Source: Acanthaster planci
Taxonomy: Eukaryota
DNA length: 64,000 nucleotides
Direction of reading: 5' to 3'
Assembly (NCBI RefSeq): GCF_001949145.1
Contig: NW_019091357.1
Location: forward strand, 1,853,704 to 1,917,703
Under the pieces are notes generated by a model. The model did not search any database. It had not been told where the DNA came from and worked only from the letters and a program-made list of their open reading frames with translations. Made by a program: the position numbers and the translations under genes. How positions within the stretch are numbered: position 1 is the stretch's first letter; every line of letters begins with the position of its first letter. Below, piece by piece: positions 13,601 to 25,310 of the stretch.

Positions 13601-15305
13601 TTAATTACCCGCTGCGACAGCGTCATTCGGTCGGTGAATCCGAGTTGATGGGCCGGAATGTAAGACGGATCGGTTGGGACCCGGAACCTGCGAGAGAAAG
13701 AGATGGGGGCAGTGTTGCTCTTCCCTTACGGGGCTTCAATGGAGGCAAAATGCATGGCGTAATTTTTAGAGCATCTAGTGGATAGCGTTTGTTTTGAATT
13801 ATAACACGGGTCAACAGTTCCACGTGCGCGCTAAATGTACATGCGTGGAGTATAGGATGGCAAGTAACCCACAGTGCCTTGCGCATCAGTTGCTGTGACG
13901 TTTAATAAGGCATTTCACCTTTCCCAGCCCATGAGCCCTGGGGACGAGTGAAAGGGATAGCAAAAATCTAGTAGTCTTAGCACAAAACGTTCTCATCGTT
14001 TGAGCTCTTACACAGCGATTCCAATAGTCTGGCTCTTGGACCTGTGGGAAGTATGAAACCATCAGCATTGCCCCCCCCCCAAAAAAAATTGACAATTTCC
14101 AAACTATTTCGAGGACTTAAAAGGCATTAGTACACTAAAAACTGGGCCTTTCTGACAAGGAAGTGGAAAAAGGCCCAGCTTTCCTATTTCCCAAGATTTC
14201 CCTTGAATGTGCTTGTAGACATTTTGTACAAACACTGACTACTTTTGTGTTGGCAGCCGGTTTCCAGAACTCGCATTTTGCTTCATCAGCCGTAAAGAGG
14301 GGGACATTTTCGTTTACCAGTCACTAGAGGTGTTATTTATTTCTGTGGATTTTTCTTAATGTTTGCTCGAGATTTTGTCGCACTTTGCGAATACGGGCGT
14401 TTCACAATAGTGCGCCACCAAGAGTTTGCAACGCGTTGGCCAATCGCAATGCACGAAATCTGTCGACCCAATGCGCGTTTGGAAAGGGTCGACAGATTTC
14501 ACGCGTTGTGATTGGCCAATGCGTTGCAAACTCTTGGTGGCGCACTATTGTGAATCGCCCGTATTTCCACAGCTGGCCATATATAGTTTTGTCACTGAAA
14601 AAGGAGTTCGCTTGAGGCGCAGCAAAGGAGATGTGCATTTGGTGCTTGGCAGAAGAGTGCAATATCTAGAAGCAACAAATACCAGTGAAATACTCACAAG
14701 GGCCCGTACTTGTCCGGCATGGCACACCAGTTAGCTAACTGCACGAAAGGGATGTCCAGTGCCTCTGCCACGATCGCGTTGCAAAGTGAGAAGTCATCCG
14801 CGACCATCATGTCAAACTGCTCACGACGGAGTCTCGCCATAGTCTTCTCATCCCTCAACAAGGCGTCACACTCGTCAATAAGCAGATAGATCACTAACGG
14901 TTTACCGGTCCGGAGGGTTCGCAAGATCAAGCGGGCTATCCCCGCCGCAGAACTCAGCTCTCCCGAGAGGGAGTAGTGAGACAGTTCCCGGAACACGTCG
15001 CGCCGGCCCTCCGTCGTGTAGTTAGACTGGAAGAAGATGAAGGAAAAGAGATCGTTGTCGTTTGTCTTGGGCGCCCGCGGCCCGTCGCTGCCGACCAGGA
15101 AGAACACGTCGTGCCCCTGACGCGCCAAGACCTTTCCCGACTGGCTGAGCTGCATGCCGTGACTTCCAAGTTTCTCGAAGGAGTAGTACAAAAACTTGTA
15201 TTTTTTGAAGTCTTGCTTAGTCTCCTCGCAGCCTGTCGGAAGCGGTGCTGCTGAAAAGCACATCAACATCAGGAGGAGAGTCCAGGCTGAGAGTGCGGAA
15301 TTCAT
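10657..15305 (-). CDS. UDP-glycosyltransferase (GT1, animal UGT / UDP-glucuronosyltransferase-like), type I ER membrane protein
   Basis: Exons 15305-14698, 13687-13372, 12637-12409, 11923-11701, 10936-10657 (TAA), phases 2/0/1/2 consistent. Signal peptide MNSALSAWTLLLMLMCFSAA, LGSH (catalytic His), LARQGHDVFF, FDMMVADDF, VPTDPSYIP, MTLSQRVIN, LEFPRPMQPN, GFVIFSLGS, UGT signature, C-terminal TM helix and basic tail RRGGRRPKRD. Confidence 0.92.
11271..11429. mobile_element. Palindromic MITE family A copy in the last UGT intron
   Basis: AATATGGGCGATTCACAATAGTGCGTCACCAAGAGTTTGCAACGCGTTGGCCAAT...GCCCGTA; the right arm is partly deleted. Confidence 0.75.
14390..14565. mobile_element. Palindromic MITE family A, best-preserved copy (~176 bp, ~80 bp arms)
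   Basis: Left arm AATACGGGCGTTTCACAATAGTGCGCCACCAAGAGTTTGCAACGCGTTGGCCAATC... is almost the exact reverse complement of the right arm ...GATTGGCCAATGCGTTGCAAACTCTTGGTGGCGCACTATTGTGAATCGCCCGTATT. TA sits at both ends. Confidence 0.85.
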
Positions 15306-15894
15306 GGTGGCCTTCGTTAGCAACACAATCTGCAAATGGCGCAAATGACAGAAACAGTGAGACTGTAATGTTTCCAAGATTCCATCCCGCAATGCAGAAG
15401 TTGGCATTGACACTACATACATTCAAGGGCGGATCAAGGAGGCCATCGAGGGCCATGCCCGCTCCAAGAAGCCAACTTTATTTTCTTATATACATAATGA
15501 GAGGGGGGTCATTTGTGGTCTATTTCTTTTCCCTCCAAAAAGACCTTTTGCTTTTGCCTTTTTTCCGGGGGGGGGCGTGCCATGCATGTTTCAAACAAGG
15601 GAATTTACACATTAAAAAACTCACCCAAAATTCGAGACCCTAATGCAGAACAACAAGGTGTCGAGCGACGCAGAAGTGCTGTCAGATCAGTTCAGATATC
15701 GTAGCCCGTCTGAACACTTCTACCTTTACGCTTGACCTTTCGTTTATTTATAGACGGCAGAATTGAAGTTCATTCTCTGAACATTACCTGTATCAAAGTC
15801 TCTGTTAGAGACAGCGAATGCTGAAGTGTAGGCTGAAATAATTAATACCAGGAATGTCATGGCACAAGTGCCTGGCAGAATGGCGTTTGGACAG

Positions 15895-16087
15895 CAGTGG
15901 CGTAACCACAGGGGGGCTGGGGGCACGTGCCCCCCACAAATCCCCGGTGCCACCAGGTGCCCCCCCCCGAAGAAAACGGATGAATGGATATTGATCAAGG
16001 CTAAAACAATAGCTTGCACCCTAAAAAACCACATACTGAAACTGGTGCCCCCTCATAAGATGCTGGTGCCCCCTTTGTGCCTCCACT
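15895..16087. mobile_element. CAGTGGCGTA-type short non-autonomous DNA element with G/C-run internal repeats
   Basis: Starts CAGTGGCGTAACC, has repeated GTGCCCCC motifs, ends ...CTCCACT; similar in style to 42475-42691. Confidence 0.45.
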
Positions 16088-16258
16088 AGTAACATCTAGC
16101 TACGACGGTTGGACAGATTTTATAAACATGCAACTCATAATACCACAAATGACTTATGCAAGACAAGACGCATTAAAGGGTAGCTACAATGGAATTGTTT
16201 TTAATGCAGCCATCAAAATGCACCTGTGTGTCTCAGTTAATGTCATTTTCAATTTGTG

Positions 16259-16505
16259 TTTCACTGTTTCATAGGGTATTTTACTGCATTTTTTGTTTCT
16301 GTGCTGATGATATGTCCATATTCATGAGCAAAACTGTGATGTCATCCCAGGAAGCAAGCCTTGATGTTAAATTGGTTTGTGCACAAAAAGTCCTATCTTT
16401 GAAGACTTAGCTTGACTGACTTTTGTCTCCTTTGGTGATTCACTGTTGTATAAGAATATACCAATAAGAGAGCAATCAACCCTTGCTGTGAAAATCTGTT
16501 TTCAT
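16259..16505. repeat. Dispersed repeat family C copy 1
   Basis: Collinear with 20560-20808 (TTCACTGTTTCA..GGTATTTT..TGAGCAAAA.TGTGATGTCATC..AGGAAG..CACAAAAAGTCC..TGATTCA.TGTTG..CAATAAGA). Confidence 0.7.
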
Positions 16506-16981
16506 TGAGTATTAAAAGTTGAACAGAAAAAAATATGCACCCAATGTCTTCCCTAGATGACATAGTAAGGGCAAAGTTACTTTACAAGTCTGCTTAGAGA
16601 TGAGCAAAGATTGGAAAGGTCTTTTTTTAGATTTGCATTAATTCATTTATTTGCTCGTCATCCTCATGAGTATGTTTAACAAGACGCCATCTTGGCAAGG
16701 CCATTTAACCAACATTCCTCACAAAGACAGGTTATCAATATGCAAACAGCCGTGGAGTGCCTAAAAGCGTAAACATGCATTGTGTGCAGTCCGCTACAAC
16801 ATCACAACAGCGTCCTAAGTTGTCCGGGAAAGCGTGGATGGTTTTAAATATATTAAAAACTACATCTTTCAGTGTAGGTAACCAATTAGGCATGCACGAT
16901 GCACCAGTGCGGTGATGCTACTATCAAGTTTTATTACGGCCTTGAATTTCGGCTGAGTTGGGCTGTATCACGAGATGAGAC

Positions 16982-17036
16982 AATACGGGCGATTCACATT
17001 ACCGTGCGCCACCAACAGCTTGCCACAAACTGGCCA
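16982..17036. mobile_element. MITE family A fragment (left arm only)
   Basis: AATACGGGCGATTCACATTACCGTGCGCCACCAACAGCTTGC. Confidence 0.55.
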
Positions 17037-17945
17037 CTTTTCAAGTTTACGGTCGACACGCTGCTGCGATTGAGCGCACCCAAAACAATCTTTATGACTA
17101 CCTAACACCCATTCGCAGTAAGGAATGTTGAATTTTCAACCAAGACAAATATTCGGAACAATTGAAAATTCCCACGCACAACGCAATTGGCGAATGAGAC
17201 TCTGTCGACTATTTTGGAAAGAAAAGGCCTCTCCGTGACAACCTTTAGGTGGCGCACTAAATTGTGAATCTAAGGTTGCACAATCATTATTAAAAAGTAG
17301 CGTAACGGATAGTCCTTTGTGGTTTTTAGCTGTGCGACAGTCGGCCCCTTGAATGAAGTTCCGTGAGACTAGGATTTTCTGGCAACCAAGGTGGCCACCC
17401 ATGTTGCACATTATCGGTTTGAACACCGATAACGTGCTCTTGGACAACCTGTGTTATATTTATTAGTACCCGTGAACCCATCAAAAACGCCCCTCTTATC
17501 TCTCTCATTGACAAAGAGGGGGCGTGATTTTGGGTGAATTTCACGTTTAACCAGGATGACATTGAACAGAGTTCTGGGGGGTCGCGACACTGTTGTGCTT
17601 GCAGACTAAGCTAGTAACTTTATTCATATCATTCAGAAGTAGGTGAGCTAAACTTGCGTTATGCGGTAAACCTGCCGTCAGAGTTCAGAGAACAGACAGT
17701 TTCTTATTTCAGGAAAATCGAATGTCTTCGAGAAATTTTGTAGTGATCAATCTACTCTAAGTAAAATCTTTATTCTGATGGTGAAGTGAAACTGTTCTTC
17801 TCATCTGAACAAATTTCACGACGGGCGAAATGTTAGAAGGCGGGGCGTTTCTTAATCTAGCTTTTGCAATTTGCACTTTGAATCTCCTCAGATTTTCTTG
17901 TCCGACCATTTGTTGCATCTTCCCCCTTATGACGAGTGGCGACAT

Positions 17946-20900
17946 TTAAGCCGCAAAGTACGCCGAGCCGAACACGTCATCTCCCTTGTAGTCGTAGGTC
18001 TGGATATTGGCGCTGCTTCCGTTGAGCTTGAGCTTGCACAAGGCGTTGGGCGACTTCAGGAAGCAGGTGGAGAACATGGCCACTTCGAACTCGGGGCTGC
18101 CGCCGATCATGATGGAGGTGATTGGCTTGACTCGATTAGACCACTTGAACTGGAACTTGACAATGCCATTCTGCCGAAGGAGAAAAAAATCTTCACTCGT
18201 CACAGGATAGTCGCACGCGGATGACCTCACAAGAACAAGGTAGTCAGACTACTATTTTTACTATTCATACACACTGCTGGATAGCAAGGTTACTGAACAG
18301 CTAGTCTTGTACCAAGACGGAAGGAACTTTATAGCGGACTCGATCGAGCATATGCCGCGTGCACCGATTTCTATTGCGCCCTCTACCAAGACGGTAGAAC
18401 GAGCCGTCGACTGGTGAAATGAAGTCACAAGAGGGCGCAATAAAAATCGGCGCGCGCAGCACGTGCTCGATTGAGTCCGCTCTCGACTTCTGCCGTCTTG
18501 GCTGAAGACTACTGACCAGCAAGACTGCAGTTTTCCTAAATTGACAGTGTGGCCCCAAACTCATGATTATTAGGTATGCAGGTAGACCACATGTCGGAAA
18601 TCCGGTCAGCGGGTTCGACGGCTCGAAATAGGAAGGACCAACTCAGTATAATTAGAGACTACTAGGCGACCGAGAATAGAGGAGGGGTGGAATGAATTGA
18701 TTCGTTCTGCTATGATCAGAAACTATGTGTTACGATCCCAGTTGATCCAAATTCTTTGATCATGTGTGTCTCCCCGAAAAGGTATTTTTGGAATTCACGC
18801 ACGCTTTTAAATCCTATAGAAGACTCCGCAGTCATTATTTTGTTTCGTTCACAGTGAGTGACTTTTAATATGCCTTAACATGTGCGTTACAAAATAGCCA
18901 GTGTTGGGTCAGCACCTCCGCGCCGTCTTCTACCGGTCTGCTCCTCTTCATCGCCTGACGGTGGCCGAGGCTGTCACCGCGCGCTGTGGGACCGTGGACC
19001 CCGGAGTGGCTCCATGCAGAAGCCGAATCTCGGGGTTCCCTTACCGACCTACCTGTCTGAGCTGGGCTGTTCTGGCGCCAGTCGTGGCGGTGCTTGGCCC
19101 GACGACTGTGCTCCTTTAGCCGTGGCACTGACTGGGCGTGGCCTTATCTTTCTCGTCTTTGTTTTGGGCTCTTTAAGGTAATTATGCTCGGCCAAATTGA
19201 TTTGCCTCTTAGTCCATTAACATGTCTTTGCCGGCTTGTTAATATTCTTTGTATAATGGTGCTGTACTCATGTAAATATGTTTACTTTTATGCTTTTTCT
19301 TGTCCAAAACTCACGGTGTTTTTGCATGAGAAGTTTAAGTTGCAAAAAACACTAGATTTACTTAGTTTTAAGTTATTGCTTTGCTGGTTTAAGTTTTTAA
19401 TTAAATGTTGTTTCAAATTAGTTCCTTGCCATCCTTTACCCATATTTTAATGTCCGTATTCCCGTCTTTTAATTTTCTTCTGCCGTGCGTTCTCCGTGCA
19501 TGTATGCTCCACGAGGTTTAATGGATCGGGTTTTCTATTATCGTCTGTCAGTTATCTTAAATTATCTGCCTTAAAGTCACCAGCCGCTGTAATTCAAATT
19601 TGCAACATAAACAGAGCCATCTTTTGGGATTAGAATTAAGCAGTTTTTATTTCTAGTTTTCAATCCCTCGGTTTTATACGAAGTCCCCTAGCTATTTGAG
19701 AATTTTAAAAGTCTGTTCATGCTTAATTGGTGGCAACGCAACCATAACGTGTACATTTCATAGTCGTTTGTGAACCAGCAAATTGCAGTTCCTAGAAATG
19801 CACCAAAGGATCCTCTGTTGCAAGGAAAATTGCGCCCTCTCTTGATACAGCCCTGGGTTCATATTGTGGTTCAAATCTACTCATATAAATAGGCTCGGTG
19901 GCGGAAATGTTGAACTTAAACAAAAACCGCTCGTGATTATCAGTAGCTTACTTGGATTTCTACTGACATTGGAACTTGAGTTTTGACCAGTGGTCGAGTC
20001 ATGGCTCACCTGTATTTTATTTAAGTACCCATGATAGTTGGCGAGGCCATTTTTTTCCAGCAGGTACAGGCGCACCCAGTTGTGGAACCCGGACACCGAC
20101 GTACTGCTGGACCATTCGCCGACAAAGACGTGCTCGAAGCCTGAGGTATCACTGGTGGCTTTGCGGGTGTAGGGCTTGAAGAGGAGTCCTCGAACGAAAT
20201 CTTTGTACTGGCTTAGACTTCCAGAGAAATAGTCTAGTCATTGTTTTGAAAAAGAAAAGAAAATGTCAACGCGTGTGTTCAGTGTTCGGCTACTCTGTGA
20301 TATAGTCCTCGGGAATTGAAATTCTCAGCACGATTAAGCGCGGGAATTTATTAAAGTGTAGCTGCATTGAATTTTTCTTCGACACAATTTTTCTGCATCT
20401 TTGTACTTTTCTTCCATGTATGAAAACGCTCATTCACTGCTTTTTGGTTGAATGCATAGAAAAGTGCACACTTTTAGAGGGTAGTTGAAATCGATGTTTT
20501 TTATTACAAACATGTAAAATGTACCTTGGTGCTTCAGTAAACCTTACTTGCAACTTTGGTTTCACTGTTTCAAATGGTATTTTAACGCCTTTTTTGTTTC
20601 AACGCTAACGAGAATTTCCATTTTTGTGAGCAAAATTGTGATGTCATCTTAGGAAGAAGCCTCAATAATTTTCCATTGGTTCGTACACAAAAAAGTCCGG
20701 CGTTTTTGGAGATTTTCCTGGACTAAGGTTTCTCTTCTTTGCTGATTCATTGTTGTTGATGTGCACAGCAATAAGAAACCATCAATCCCTCTCTCAGAAA
20801 TGTTTTCAGTTGCTAAATTCTGGGGTCACAGATAACTGTAACCTGGTGAATTAAGATGGAAGTATAAGATCTATAATTTCATACTGCAATGCTTGGACAA

Positions 20901-23900
20901 ATCTGTTTAGGAATGATGTCACTACAACACGACAGTTCTTCCTCATTCGCTGTAAAAATCATTATTTTTTTTCACTTTTAGTCAGAAAGGCTGACAACAT
21001 TTTCAAGGTTGGCCCAAAGAAATCGAGAAATGGCGATTTGTGACCCTTGAGAGAGCTTACTTTTCGCCGTCACGAACTTGTACGCCTGTGTCATAACCGC
21101 GGTTTTAAAGATGGCGTCCATGAAGGCGTCTTCTTCAGCCTGCTCAGCGGACGACCGGCTCTCAGTCGTGCCCTGACTGGTGACGTAGTTATCGAAGAGG
21201 TTGATGAGAGCCTTGAAGGTGGGTCTGGTCAGGATCGCCGGGTCGATGGAAGTGAAGAGTCTGGGGCGGAGATGGAGGGGATTCAAGCCGTTAACGGAGG
21301 GGTCCGTACTCGAAGTGGAGATGAGAGTAGTGTGAAACTTGACTGGTCCCTCTAACAATCTCGGGGCGGAGAAGGCAAAGAACCAGACCTTGCCTATTCA
21401 TGTAACATGTAAAGGTTTGTATGGTGGGTATGCACAGTCGAGTTGCTTGCGGTAACATCATATGTAGCATATGAACTCTCTCTTTTGTATGTGTGACTCC
21501 CGAATACCACCCGCCATTTGCTTATTCATGTTTAATATACGCGTTTTTGGTCGCCCAGTTGCTCTTAGGGTACGTCCATTTACCCACGTGATCGGACGTT
21601 CGGACACCTGCCGTTAAGGATAGATCGCAGTGCCGCGCGCAGCATTTTAGGTAGGCCTATCTACAGACAAACTCTCAAAGCTTTGATGAATGACAAAATT
21701 ATGTTGCACAAGAAAAAACGAGCAGCCAGCACCTGGGCTGGATCGGCACGACAACGACTGTATCACATGCAAACACGACACATATGATTTGATAAAAACT
21801 GCATAGTTACGTTGTTGGAGTGAAACTTAGCTGCAAAGCTCGACCAGCTATCGCTTTGACAACTCAAACCTATACTGTAATGGCAGTCGATCTCGGGGAA
21901 AGCGTATTGTCACGTGATACTTTGACATCTATTGATCAGACCCTATCAGGAACCATTAGCGTGCCGAGAGAAGTCCCCCCTCCCCATATCGACAGCCCTG
22001 TTTCCCGTTCCCTTGCTCAAGGGGAACTTCAGCAACAAATGTTGAGGTCGAGTGCGACAACAGTTCATTTCTCCCTCCCCAAGGGTCGTTACCTATTTCC
22101 CCAAGTCTTCATGTCAGGTGCAGCTCACCTGTTAGGTGACACGTCCGTCGTAGAGGATGAGCTACTGATATAATTGCCATAGTTGATCGTTATATCTGTG
22201 CCCACGGTGGCCCGACTGGTGTCAGCCTTCCATATAGCCGTGGCAAACGCCGAGATGTCAGCAGGCACGCCTGGGGCTAAATCACCGAGTAGCATAGCCT
22301 GTTACTAACTCTGACAAGAGCAGCAGAGCAAACACATCAAAGAACCCAGGGGCAAATGAGCAAGACTTTGAGGATGGAAGTAAATTGATTACAACTGGAA
22401 TGAAGAATCAAGGTAAGAAGAACCGTGGCAAACAAAAGTGGGGCCAGAGGGAAAAAACAGTGTTATCAATACAATACGGAAATACAAACATCTTTTTTGA
22501 AATTCATGGAGACGATTATAGCAATTACAAAAATTGATGTCCCAAAACAAAACCACCATTCCCACATAAGCTTGTTTTCGTACATGGTCGTATATTACAA
22601 GTGGTAAAATCCATATTTTTCCATTGATCGTTAAGAACTAAAAACTGCTCGAATCTTTGGTTTTGTTCTGCGCAAAAGTGCTTGAATTAACATAATTTGT
22701 TCAGTGGTTTCCAAAAAGGCATATGGATTTAAAATAATACACATATTTTGCAAAGCTTCGTTATGGCGACATAGCGACCTCAACGGACGTTTAGCAGGCG
22801 CTTATCCATATCTTGGATCCAAAGGAGCAAAAGAGATTTTTTTTTCCAAAAAATGACGACCGTCTAGATGTCGTTACCCATGAAGAATCTTCATTGCACC
22901 CCCTCCCCAGCGAAAGGTTGGCAAGAAGTCCCAAGGGTGAGCAACTTGCACCACCTCTTGCTCTCCCCCCCCCCTATCCTCCGCTGGATACGCCTCTAGA
23001 GTGAAGTCTGCAGCAGTCCATTTACCAAAAGCGAACTTCTAAAACGGTGATTACCGGTGCCACCACCTGTGCATAGACTGTCGTAGTCCGAGCAGCAGTT
23101 GCCATAGTTGGGGCAGAGGTCGTTGCATTGGCAGGGTAAGGTTTTGTCATAAGACGCACCGCATTTGCCGGCGCAGGAATCTATACAGGGTGTAAGCAGA
23201 ATATTAACTTACATAGCCAGCCGGGAGGGGGAGGGAGGAACTTGTCCCCTCCCCCTTCGGGGGAGGATTTCTAGTTGGGCGTTGAAAGTGCCGACACTTG
23301 AGAAGCGGTTCTAACGCCTCGGTGAGGAGATAATTCGGATATAATTGGACATTCGGTAAAAAAATCGCCCCCGCCGTTCTCAAGGCCTATTTAATACGTC
23401 ACTGACAAAACCACTGATACCCTCCGGTGGACACAGACAGGTTCATTAGGTTCACTGATAAGAATTTTTTTCAAACTAAAATGGAAGTCGATTTCGAATC
23501 GTTATGATTGGAGAGTAACAAATTTGGTCTCGAGGATCAACATTGTCCGAGTTAAGATTTTGTAGGGTAATCCTTCAATAGCATAACGATTCACTGAATA
23601 TAGCGCCACCAAGAGTAATTGCGGGGGTATTTTTTTCTTTTTTCAATGTGTTATGTGTAAAAAGTCGAAATCCGCTATTAATTATAATTATGGTTGTATT
23701 TGAATTTCACGAAAATTAATTAGCATTTTGGACGAACATCGAGGAAGCAGACAATCCGAAAAACTGTAGCACATATTTGAAGCGTTGAGTTGCCAGTGAC
23801 CCAGTGCTACATTAGCAGAATTGTAACGAGTCACTAATTGTTTGTGACTCGCATCGAGTCATTATAGTTTTTAAAAAGTCGAGGCTAGTCGAGTCAAATA

Positions 23901-24931
23901 TATAGCTCTATCAAGTCATCAATATTGAACACAAAACGATTAATGAAAATAAGAAAGTCATTTTTTAGCATTTTAAATTTACGTCAAAGTTTCTACATGT
24001 TATCATACGGCATCTTGCTCTTGATGATAGCACATAGCATGAACATTTTTAACCAGCACTACAAGTCATTCCAAATATATTTTCGCAAAGGAAGTTATTT
24101 TTATATTTGGGACTCGAGTCTAATCAACTCGAACTCGGGTCGTGCCTTCTTATGCAGAACTCGAGTCGAGTCATTTACCCGTCAGGAGTCGAGTAGAATT
24201 GCCAAACATTGTGTTGAGTTGACCTGAGTCGATGACTCGACTCAGGTCAGTGCAACTCTGCACATCAGTGAAGGAATCAGGATTCACGTATTCAAGTTAC
24301 GCATAAAGAAACGGTGTAGTAGAAGTTTCTCTCAATCAAAGTGGGAAGCGGCTGCATGTAAATCATGAGGAAAAAAGAGAGGAAAAAAGAACCATCAGCT
24401 CCCCAAAAAAGGAGCAGAAAAACCTATTTTCCGTACCTGCCACGCAGTACACATCGTAGTCGCTGCAACAGTCGCCATAATTGCTGCAGGCGTCATTGCA
24501 CTGGCAGGTGTGGCTGCTGCTATAGCCATCGCCACATCGTCCGAGACAAGATGAGGCTGCGTCTGCGTCTAGAGAGGAAGTACAAAATCTTAAGGACAAA
24601 AGAGAATTAGTTTCTTATCCGTAAATATTGAATTATATATCGTTAATCAGCCCCACATACCGCGCTATGTATATTCAAACCAAACACGTTTATCAACAAA
24701 CAAAACGCTCAAACGCAGTACTACATTTATCGTTATGATTTTCTCGTTTGTCCTTTTTTGATGGAAAGTCGCAACCTTTGCGAATTTTCCTTGAGTTCCA
24801 CCGATGGCACCCTCACCGTGTTGGAACTTCCCAGCGGCGTAGCACATCAGTATCACAAACACGATTAGGCTGACAACTACTGCAGACGCGACAGCAAGCT
24901 TAGTTCGCGAGGAGCACGTCGGAAAGGCCAT
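17946..24931 (-). CDS. ENDOU: Poly(U)-specific endoribonuclease (EndoU/XendoU family) with N-terminal hydrophobic segment and two somatomedin-B domains
   Basis: Exons 24931-24817, 24568-24437 (SMB1: CLGRC...CQCNDACSNYGDCCSDY), 23180-23055 (SMB2: CAGKC...CQCNDLCPNYGNCCSDY), 22276-22129 (alternative acceptor 22270), 21260-21061, 20233-20010, 18170-17946 (TAA); phases consistent. Catalytic motifs SGFEHVFVGE, GFHNW, WSNRVKP, IGGSPEFE, GSAY. Confidence 0.9.
19812..19865. repeat. Short dispersed repeat family E copy 1
   Basis: CCTCTGTTGCAAGGAAAATTGCGCCCTCTCTTG matches 48075-48131 (CCTCTGTTGCTAGAAAAATTGCGCCCTCTCTTG). Confidence 0.6.
20560..20808. repeat. Dispersed repeat family C copy 2 (ENDOU intron)
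   Basis: Collinear with 16259-16505. Confidence 0.7.
23816..24260. mobile_element. hAT-like non-autonomous DNA transposon
   Basis: Short TIRs CAGAATTG...CAACTCTG, many subterminal GACTCG/CGAGTC motifs at both ends with an AT-rich middle, and flanking 8-mers TACATTAG / CACATCAG (6/8 identical, a likely decayed 8-bp TSD). Confidence 0.65.
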
Positions 24932-25207
24932 GCTGAATAATACTTATGAATCCCACTCCTTCCTGCCGTTCACTGTCTGCCATTTTCAACTTTGGTATGA
25001 CCCAGGGTTCTCTTCGTTTGTGAGCTTGTGTCGTCGGACAACCTCAACGCAATCCATATTCTCTGAAGGCGGTTTAATAATCCACTTCCCCTTCAATCTT
25101 TGACCTTTAACCCTTAGTTTTTTTTCGAGCGGATGTTCTGAGTTATAATGTAGAATGCGTCTAGATTGCCGCTGTCACTGAATTCAAGGGCAAGTTCAAC
25201 CGGGGAC

Positions 25208-25310
25208 CGTTGTGCCGTCCCATCTTGCCGTCGCGGCGTGCCGTCGCGTTGTCGCGTGCTGCTGTCGTGCCGTCGTGTCGTGTTGTCCGTCGTATCATGC
25301 CGTCGTGCCT
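25208..25310. repeat. Degenerate GTCGT/GCCGT pentamer-like simple repeat
   Basis: GTGCCGTC..GCCGTCGCGGCGTGCCGTCGCGTTGTCGCGTGCTGCTGTCGTGCCGTCGTGTCGTG. Confidence 0.55.

Noticed and set aside
14385..14734. Short ORFs similar to ORFs at 11135-11410 and 43888-44139
   Set aside because: The similarity comes from the shared MITE family A sequence, not from a protein family.
18301..19450. Nested gene in the last ENDOU intron
   Set aside because: Only short ORFs without recognisable domains or a consistent splice pattern; more likely repeat remnants, which I cannot classify.
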